This document shows, piece after piece, positions 8,720 through 14,925 of a stretch of 14,925 nt of DNA; position 1 is the stretch's first letter; every line of letters begins with the position of its first letter. The stretch is taken from NCBI GenBank assembly GCA_044345055.1, contig JBIJBT010000069.1, positions 1 through 14,925 of the forward strand. Direction: 5' to 3'. The position numbers and the translations under genes are program-made. This DNA is from Bdellovibrionota bacterium (GTDB taxonomy: Bacteria > Bdellovibrionota_C > UBA2361 > OMIW01). A model generated the notes under the pieces. The model ran no database searches and had not been told where the DNA came from. It worked only from the letters and a program-made list of their open reading frames with translations.

Positions 8720-9073
8720 GTTTGAGTTTTTTTGGAGATGGCGAGCTAGAAGGGGCTAATTTGGAATGTGGGTAGTTGTTATTTACTTATCAACTTAAAA
8801 TAGACTAATAACGATAAAAATGGCCGATGTTGTCTATTTGCTGAATGAAGTACAACAATCCGGCAACCTCGCCGATTTCCTTTTTCAATCTCTGTCTCAT
8901 TGCCCCACAGCCTTTAAAAATTTCAGAGGAAAAATCTATTGAGGAAATTCCTCTTACCTCCAGCAGTTCCCTCCTCCACCGGTATCGGGTAGCATCTGCG
9001 CTCATCTTTTTGGTTGATCACGCCGATGGGGGTTTGGCGGTGTGGTCCCGAGGTATGATTTACGGGGGTATCG

Positions 9074-10474
9074 ATGTCACAATCTGGATTTCGGGACGAA
9101 TGTGGACTCATGGCGGTGTGGGATCATCCCGAGGCGGCTAATCTTGCGTATCTTGGGCTCTACTCGCAACAACATCGGGGGCAGGAGGCTGCTGGAGTTG
9201 TTTCGTGCGAAGGGGGACCTGCTGCGAAAATTCGGGCTCATCGGGGTATGGGGCTCGTCGCTGATATATTTCAGGGGTTTAATTTTGCTGAGCTGCCCGG
9301 TCGAAACGCTATCGGCCACGTGAGATATACAACAGCAGGGGGAAATCATCTTTTCAATGTTCAACCCTTCACAGCTGAACTTGCGCACGGAGCAATCGCC
9401 GTTGCTCATAACGGGAATCTGGTAAACGCTGATGAGCTCCGAACTCAGCTTGTTGCTGACGGGGCAATCTTTTCCTCTTCATCAGACACCGAAGTATTTC
9501 TTCACCTCATCGCCCGCTCGAGGGAGGAGAGTTCGCTAACAGCTCGCGTTCTATCTGCACTCGTGCAGGCTGAAGGGGCATTCTCGCTTCTTATCATGAC
9601 CCGATCAGCGCTCTATGCAGCTCGCGATCCCCACGGTCTTCGCCCCCTCGCCCTTGGCCGTCTCGGAGAGACTCGGGTTCTCGCCTCCGAAACGTGTGCT
9701 TTTGATCTAATCGGCGCGGAGTATGAGAGAGATATTGCTCCGGGAGAGGTCGTTGAGATAGGTCTTGATGGCTCGATGGTGAGCCATTTTCCATTTAAAA
9801 AAACGACACACTCTCCCTGTATTTTCGAGTTTGTTTATTTTGCTCGACCCGATTCGCTCGTTTTCGGCAAAACGGTATATCCGATTCGGAAAAGGATGGG
9901 AGAGGAGCTTGCGGCTGAATCTGATGTTGCTGCAGACCTTGTTATTCCAGTTCCTGATTCGGGGGTCGCAGCCGCCCTCGGATATGCACATCGATCAGGA
10001 ATCCCCTTTGAACTTGGGCTCATCCGCAATCACTACGTCGGAAGGACATTTATCGAGCCAAAACAGGCAATTCGAGACTTCGGGGTAAAACTTAAGTTAA
10101 ATCCGAGTCGAGAGCTTCTGAGCGGAAAGCGGGTAATTGTCGTTGACGATTCGATTGTTCGGGGCACAACCTCCAAAAAACTTGTGCAGATGATTCGGCG
10201 AGCAGGGGCTCGCGAAGTGCATATGCGGATCTCCGCCCCGCCGACCGTCTCTCCATGTTTTTACGGAATAGATACTCCAACAAAGGAGGAGCTTATCAGC
10301 GCATCTCTCTCGGTCGAGCAGGTTCGGGAGTTTATCGGAGCAGACAGCCTCGCCTATCTTTCGGTTGAGGGAATGTACCGAGCAGTAGGAAGTCCGACCG
10401 GCACCTTTTGTGATGCCTGCTTTACGGGCCGATATAGGGCAGGAGTGCCAGCGACTGAGGCGAAAAAAGGTTAG
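9074..10474 (+). CDS. purF: Amidophosphoribosyltransferase (glutamine PRPP amidotransferase)
   Basis: Short propeptide ending DE|CG (Ntn nucleophile Cys10), QHRGQE, GHVRY, HNGNL, SDTE, CIFEFVYFARPDS, PVPDSG, PRPP-binding VDDSIVRGTT, CFYGID and CDACF. Confidence 0.98.
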   Translation: MSQSGFRDECGLMAVWDHPEAANLAYLGLYSQQHRGQEAAGVVSCEGGPAAKIRAHRGMGLVADIFQGFNFAELPGRNAIGHVRYTTAGGNHLFNVQPFTAELAHGAIAVAHNGNLVNADELRTQLVADGAIFSSSSDTEVFLHLIARSREESSLTARVLSALVQAEGAFSLLIMTRSALYAARDPHGLRPLALGRLGETRVLASETCAFDLIGAEYERDIAPGEVVEIGLDGSMVSHFPFKKTTHSPCIFEFVYFARPDSLVFGKTVYPIRKRMGEELAAESDVAADLVIPVPDSGVAAALGYAHRSGIPFELGLIRNHYVGRTFIEPKQAIRDFGVKLKLNPSRELLSGKRVIVVDDSIVRGTTSKKLVQMIRRAGAREVHMRISAPPTVSPCFYGIDTPTKEELISASLSVEQVREFIGADSLAYLSVEGMYRAVGSPTGTFCDACFTGRYRAGVPATEAKKG

Positions 10475-10800
10475 GCTCGGCAAAAATTGTGAAGAAGGAG
10501 AGTCAGATAAGCCGACAAAATGGGGCTAACGAGACAAAACAAACTGTGATAGTTTCTTTGCAGGGGGCGCTGTAAAAATATTTTATGGTCGGAGCAGTCA
10601 CGATGCACGCAAAGGTCGGAGACCCTATAAAAAAAGCCATTCCAGCCACCCTGATGTTGATAATGAGTTTAATCATATTTTTAGGCTCGTAGGTGCAGCC
10701 TCGAATAGGCATCTTTTAGAGGCAAGTGTTGCCAAATTTTTCCACTCTGCGATGATACGGTGCGTGTTGCGGGGTTCCCCCCAAAGATAAGGAGAGCGCG

Positions 10801-11013
10801 ATGAAGGTAGATAAAGAAGAGGCGGCCCGTGGGTCGCGGTGGTTCATGGTCGCAGGAAGTATCGCGGTAGCGTTCGCGGTAGCGCTTTTTATGGTGGATG
10901 AAGGCCTTAGCAATTCACCACGCGAGCGGGTGCTCGGACAAACTCTCGAGGAACTAAGGACGGCGCAAGCATCTCTACCGCCCGCTCGGTCGCTCGACGA
11001 AAGAAATCATTGA
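10801..11013 (+). CDS. Small single-pass membrane protein, 70 aa
   Basis: Strong RBS TAAGGAG at 10788-10794, 6 nt before the ATG. One hydrophobic segment (WFMVAGSIAVAFAVALFMV). Ends 9 nt before the next gene. Confidence 0.65.
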   Translation: MKVDKEEAARGSRWFMVAGSIAVAFAVALFMVDEGLSNSPRERVLGQTLEELRTAQASLPPARSLDERNH

Positions 11014-11022
11014 TAACTCTGT

Positions 11023-11523
11023 ATGCGTCAGCTAATTCGGTCGCTGATTACTGCGCTATGCACACTCTGGCTTCGGGCCGCGCAAAGAAGCGGCTCTGTT
11101 GAGGCCGAGATAGTGCAGCGAGCAGTGATGTTACTTCGCCGCTTTCCGTATTGGGCATCCGGACACGACTTTCTTAGTTCCCGCGCCCTCGCAGCGGGTA
11201 ACATTCGAACTGCTTTCGCCTCAGCTCATGCGGTGGCAGTACTTCGTCCAGCGTCACCATCATCGTGGCTTTTGCTCTCCCAGTGCCACTTAGCAGGGCA
11301 CCAGTTTGAGGCAGCAGCAAAGGACGCGAACAAGGCTCTCGCGCTCGATCCTCTCTGCTTCAGGGCTCATGAAGAGCTTGCCGCCGCGCTCATACCGCTC
11401 GAGCAGTTCGATGAAGCTCATCGCCACCTTGAATTAATACCGAAAGAGCAACGCACACAGCACGTGCACTCGATGATATCCTTTCTTCATTTCCGAAAAG
11501 AGGGAGACAAGGACAACATCTAG
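11023..11523 (+). CDS. Tetratricopeptide-repeat (TPR) protein, 166 aa
   Basis: TPR-like helical units, e.g. SWLLLSQCHLAGHQFEAAAKDANKALALDP and RAHEELAAALIPLEQFDEAHRHLELIP. Confidence 0.75.
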   Translation: MRQLIRSLITALCTLWLRAAQRSGSVEAEIVQRAVMLLRRFPYWASGHDFLSSRALAAGNIRTAFASAHAVAVLRPASPSSWLLLSQCHLAGHQFEAAAKDANKALALDPLCFRAHEELAAALIPLEQFDEAHRHLELIPKEQRTQHVHSMISFLHFRKEGDKDNI

Positions 11524-11600
11524 AAGAAATTATCTCCTATAAAAGGTTCTTAATTTCTCTCCCTCCACAGCCCAAACTTCTCCTTAAATCAGAGCCACCG

Positions 11601-11864
11601 ATGATACCCCAAGAAACCGAAGAAATGCTCCTCTCCCTTATCGAAAATGAGCTTAGCTCTCTTCATAACCATTATCTCCAGCGTGCGAAGGCCGTTGCTC
11701 ACGAAATAAATCCTCGCTTAACCGACGAAGACCTTCTGAACCCAGATAATTTCCCAGATATTATGCAAGATCCCCGCTATACCTATGCTGACGGGCTCGC
11801 TGCGGGGATATTGTCGGCAAAAATGGCAATTAAAGCAGCTATTTACGGTGGCAGCAAAGATTGA
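11601..11864 (+). CDS. Small hypothetical protein, 87 aa
   Basis: Protein-like helical composition with motif-like segment LTDEDLLNPDNFP...YADGLAAG. Fills the gap between co-oriented genes. RBS is weak. Confidence 0.75.
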   Translation: MIPQETEEMLLSLIENELSSLHNHYLQRAKAVAHEINPRLTDEDLLNPDNFPDIMQDPRYTYADGLAAGILSAKMAIKAAIYGGSKD

Positions 11865-11993
11865 CTTTACAGCAATCAAGTATCGCATGCCCTATTTTAG
11901 TGCCGAGGTCAGACGATCTTAATCGGGAAAGATCCTAAAGAAAAAATTGTTTTCTACCGATCCGTAGGAGGATGTTTTCCGCCTGGAGCGATT

Positions 11994-12713
11994 ATGGATC
12001 AAGAATCCCCCCTAAATCTTAGTACCGCAGAGCGAAGAGCTGCATCGATTTTAGTTGTAGGGGATGGACTAGAGGGGGTTGTCAAACAGCTATCACGGCT
12101 CCAATTTTCGAGAGCACGTTATTCTCTATTTCATAGCGCTGCTCTACGTCGATTGATCGATGAAGAGTTTTCTCACGTAATTTACTCGACCGAAGAGACC
12201 GACCTTTCGCCGAACCTTTTTACCGAACGTGCGTGTCGGCTCAAACATCGCCCGATTCTAATGGCGGCATCTTACGATCCGGAACCCGAAACTGTGTGCG
12301 CTATGCTATTGGCTGGGGCAAGAGCATTTATTGCTCTACCTTTAGAAAGCGAGATGCTTGACCGTGTAATCGGTGAAGCGACGAATGGGCAGCCGGTACA
12401 GCCAGCGATTCTTCGCTCGCCGCGACGAAATGAGATTCTAGTTCGAACGCTTGTTGACGATATAGATGAAGTTGCCTGGAACATTCAGGCGGGCAAACGG
12501 TACGGTATGGAAGCTCCTCCCGTGGCCCCGATGATCGATAAATTACACCTCTCTGCCTCAACCCTTCGTCTTTTTTGTAATGGTGGGTCTAAGGGATTCG
12601 TGAGTACACTTGTTGAGATTTGCGAAACGCTCGGGCCCCGTGCCAATGCTCGCTTGTCTAGACTGCGAAAACAGCTCCTCAGCAAACGAAAAAAATCAAC
12701 GCACGAAGAGTAG
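11994..12713 (+). CDS. Atypical response-regulator-like protein (degenerate receiver domain plus helical C-terminal domain)
   Basis: CheY-like pattern SILVVGD...FSHVIYS...PILMAASY...AMLLAGARAFIALP. GGAG RBS at 11985-11988. Basic C-terminus RLSRLRKQLLSKRKK. Confidence 0.7.
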   Translation: MDQESPLNLSTAERRAASILVVGDGLEGVVKQLSRLQFSRARYSLFHSAALRRLIDEEFSHVIYSTEETDLSPNLFTERACRLKHRPILMAASYDPEPETVCAMLLAGARAFIALPLESEMLDRVIGEATNGQPVQPAILRSPRRNEILVRTLVDDIDEVAWNIQAGKRYGMEAPPVAPMIDKLHLSASTLRLFCNGGSKGFVSTLVEICETLGPRANARLSRLRKQLLSKRKKSTHEE

Positions 12714-12797
12714 ACTCTTTGAAGTTTTGCCGATTATTCTACGGATTGCTGGCCAATTAGCGCAGTGATAATTTCAATAGCGTAGAACTGATCGAGA

Positions 12798-14123
12798 TTG
12801 GAGGAATTCTGTCTGCGCAAAAAAAAAAGGATTTCCTATTTTAGGCGAACGGTTCATGCGATTTTTATCGTAACCACCATCACCGCAACCGCGGTAAGCA
12901 GCTGTTACGCTGATTCTCCAAGTAACAACGATCCATTCTCAGATCTCACACCACTCCCCTCTCCCCAATCAACTTCAACCCGCGTCGATCCGTGGTGGAG
13001 TCGAGATACTCAATTTCGCCGAGAACTTTTTCTACAAACAGCTCTTCGAGACACATCTCAATCTTCATCTTCTTCATCTAGGCCCTACAATCGACACTCG
13101 GTGGGCTTTGAATGGTTTCGCCGATTTCAGGGTGAAACGAGCACCATCGCAACGTGCGACCTCCAGATGCGGGCCGTTCGTCGTGACGACTATCTTCCCG
13201 TCATTCAGGATATGGAAGGTGCCGATCGAACCCCTTGGGCGGTCGAATATCACAACGCCTATTGCGATATATTTAATCCAGCGAGCTATCTCCTCGGTGA
13301 AGAGAATTCAGCAGAGCTTGTAGGAAAAGTGAATGCACGTATCGGACGGTTTTATCTACCACTCGGTTTAAATCTTGCGACCGATACTCACGGAACAGTG
13401 CTTCAACTCTCAAACGATCAAAATGTCGGGTTTGAGCGCGATTGGTATACAGGTTTTTGGGGAGCGCTGACTCCATCGATCAGCTACGACGCCTACTACA
13501 TGGCGGGCTCTGGATACGACCTGCGATTTGATGGTCAGTCGGGCATGTTCGGATTTCGCCTTGGCACTGGCCCTGATCTCAGGAATCGCTCCGGGCTTGA
13601 GGCCGGCGTAAGCACGCTGATCGGAGAGCGACTTGCACCCTCCCACCAATCAATCGGAGAAGTTGATGGGCAAAAAGAGAGCCTCGAGAATGGTGTCATA
13701 GCGACTCGTCGCATCGGCCCCGATCTCCGATACACCATACCAACAGAGATCGGCAGTTTCATCGTGACCAATGAGGCATCGTTTGGCTCAGACGACGGAA
13801 ACGATACAGCGATCCATCTTCACCAGCTCGGTTACCTAGATAGTGCAAGAAAGTTCGGAACAAATATCCAATTTCGTCAGCAATGGCTTAAGAAAAATCA
13901 GTTAATTGCTAACGATCATCACCATCACGGGAACGTCCCACAAATAACGGAAACAACTGACTCAATCTCTCGCTCCCTATTTTATGATTTTTCCTATTAC
14001 CTAACTAACGATATTGCAAATGCCAACCTTCACTGGATAAATATCTCGGTGGAGCAGATCCTTGAATCAGCACTTCGCGGATCAGGCACGATAGTATCGT
14101 TGCAATATTATCGATATTGGTGA
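12798..14123 (+). CDS. Exported protein, putative outer-membrane beta-barrel (porin-like)
   Basis: Basic N-region plus hydrophobic signal peptide, many amphipathic Gly/aromatic beta-strand-like segments (NARIGRFYLPLG, ISYDAYYMAG, GMFGFRLG, LFYDFSYY) and an aromatic C-terminus (TIVSLQYYRYW). Start codon is uncertain (TTG 12798 or CTG 12813). Confidence 0.65.
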   Translation: MEEFCLRKKKRISYFRRTVHAIFIVTTITATAVSSCYADSPSNNDPFSDLTPLPSPQSTSTRVDPWWSRDTQFRRELFLQTALRDTSQSSSSSSRPYNRHSVGFEWFRRFQGETSTIATCDLQMRAVRRDDYLPVIQDMEGADRTPWAVEYHNAYCDIFNPASYLLGEENSAELVGKVNARIGRFYLPLGLNLATDTHGTVLQLSNDQNVGFERDWYTGFWGALTPSISYDAYYMAGSGYDLRFDGQSGMFGFRLGTGPDLRNRSGLEAGVSTLIGERLAPSHQSIGEVDGQKESLENGVIATRRIGPDLRYTIPTEIGSFIVTNEASFGSDDGNDTAIHLHQLGYLDSARKFGTNIQFRQQWLKKNQLIANDHHHHGNVPQITETTDSISRSLFYDFSYYLTNDIANANLHWINISVEQILESALRGSGTIVSLQYYRYW

Positions 14124-14129
14124 CCTGTA

Positions 14130-14837
14130 ATGCTACAACGCTTCATCATTTTCTCTCTTGCTCTATTTTGCACACTTTTCCTCCCCTCCGCAGATGCACA
14201 CGCTGCAATCGGCTGCACATTGAGTAATCCAGCCCTCGATCTAAAATATGTTTATCCTGACATGACCTCTTACAAAGAGGAGGTATTCACATTTTCATCA
14301 CTCAAGGATGGAAAGACACTTTTTTCATCCCTAGAACCACGCCTTGGGACGGCACTTGATCCTGTATACGATAGTTTTGAGACCCCCTTTACAGTGTATT
14401 CGGTATTTCGCGGAGAGGAACGGATCGGAATTATTCATGGCGTCAATATGCCTGGGAAAGGGGGTGTTATTCAGCTTTTTTTGGCAATTGATCCAGTTCA
14501 ACGATCGATAAAACAGCTATTTTTTCAACGTCTCGAAAGCTCAGATGCAAAGACACTGCGAAGCAGCTCATTTCGCAATCAGTTTTCATCGATAACCCTT
14601 GCAGATTGGTACATGCACGATTTTTACGCAGCAAAAGGGGAGCAAGAAGATAGAGATCGTATTACAAAAATTCGACTCCCTGAGGGTCTTTCGAGATCAG
14701 GTACCGAGGACTATAGTACGATCATGAGGGGTGTTCGGAAAAATCTTCTCCTTCTTGATATCTTTCTTTTTGAACATGCAAGCGATCAATATTTTCTACG
14801 AGCACAGGAAGCGATAAAAAAAATCCGAGGCAATTGA
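14130..14837 (+). CDS. Exported/periplasmic protein with FMN-binding (RnfG/NqrC-like) fold resemblance
   Basis: Sec signal peptide with AHA|A cleavage site. The pattern GKGGVIQLFLAID...SIKQLFF..LE.....LRSSSFRNQF...IMRGVRK resembles FMN_bind domains. Begins 6 nt after the upstream stop. Confidence 0.6.
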   Translation: MLQRFIIFSLALFCTLFLPSADAHAAIGCTLSNPALDLKYVYPDMTSYKEEVFTFSSLKDGKTLFSSLEPRLGTALDPVYDSFETPFTVYSVFRGEERIGIIHGVNMPGKGGVIQLFLAIDPVQRSIKQLFFQRLESSDAKTLRSSSFRNQFSSITLADWYMHDFYAAKGEQEDRDRITKIRLPEGLSRSGTEDYSTIMRGVRKNLLLLDIFLFEHASDQYFLRAQEAIKKIRGN

Positions 14838-14851
14838 CACTAGGAAACCCG

Positions 14852-14925
14852 ATGAGAAATATCATAGCGCTGTGCATGATAATCGCTTTGGTGCTTGGAA
14901 TCTCAGCCGCTTGGTGGTTTTTTTC
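14852..14925 (+). CDS. 5' fragment of a membrane-anchored or secreted protein (runs off the window)
   Basis: Not in the ORF track. AGGA at 14842-14845, ATG at 14852, open to the window end: MRNIIALCMIIALVLGISAAWWFF (signal or TM helix). Begins 14 nt after the previous stop. Confidence 0.7.
   Translation, partial: MRNIIALCMIIALVLGISAAWWFF

Noticed and set aside
8597..8800. Sigma-54 promoter for prkA (E. coli yeaG is NtrC/sigma-54 linked)
   Set aside because: I found no TGGC-N-TTGC element with the required GG-N10-GC spacing on the minus strand.
8805..9141. ORFs 8845..9141 (+), 8805..9005 (-) and 8923..9111 (-) in the divergent region
   Set aside because: No convincing RBS or recognisable motifs. 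They overlap each other and two overlap purF, so they are probably chance ORFs in a promoter region.
10097..10483. 128-aa antisense ORF and other short ORFs inside purF, prkA, yhbH, spoVR and the larger genes
   Set aside because: They lie within well-supported genes on the opposite strand or in another frame, as expected for shadow ORFs.
10596..10660. ACGCAAAG segment reminiscent of a c-di-GMP-I (GEMM) riboswitch
   Set aside because: No upstream P1 stem with a GNRA tetraloop and no matching P2 or receptor. Only a short word matches.
10503..10712. 69-aa Cys-containing minus-strand ORF
   Set aside because: No clear RBS or recognisable family. It cannot be excluded but is not supportable as a CDS.
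11966..12022. AGGAGG followed by ATG 11972, opening a 16-aa out-of-frame peptide
   Set aside because: Zero spacing between the SD and the ATG makes initiation unlikely. ATG 11994 has its own GGAG at 5 nt.
13062..13079. TCTTCA-type microrepeat in the barrel gene
   Set aside because: It encodes a poly-Ser loop with mixed codons and is not an array or frameshifting repeat.
1..14925. CRISPR array, tRNA/rRNA genes, transposase or integrase
   Set aside because: No regularly spaced repeats, cloverleaf or rRNA signatures, or recombinase motifs were seen by eye.

Overview
Bacterial chromosomal window of roughly 50% GC, probably from a diderm organism because it encodes a likely outer-membrane beta-barrel. 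In order it holds: a large hypothetical lipoprotein (+); an AAA-ATPase/PD-(D/E)XK nuclease fusion (+); a complete prkA(yeaG)-yhbH(yeaH)-spoVR operon (-); a divergently transcribed stand-alone purF (+); a small membrane protein, a TPR protein and an 87-aa hypothetical (+); a degenerate pseudo-receiver protein (+); and the start of an envelope operon (+). That operon encodes a His-loop beta-barrel candidate, an exported FMN-binding-fold-like protein lacking the canonical flavinylation motif, and a truncated membrane-anchored or secreted protein. No rRNA, tRNA, CRISPR array or transposase was recognised. The most promising leads are the uncharacterised envelope operon at 12798-14925, a long structured intergenic element upstream of the ATPase-nuclease, and the motif-rich prkA/purF divergent region. 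All family assignments come from reading motifs by eye, not from database searches.
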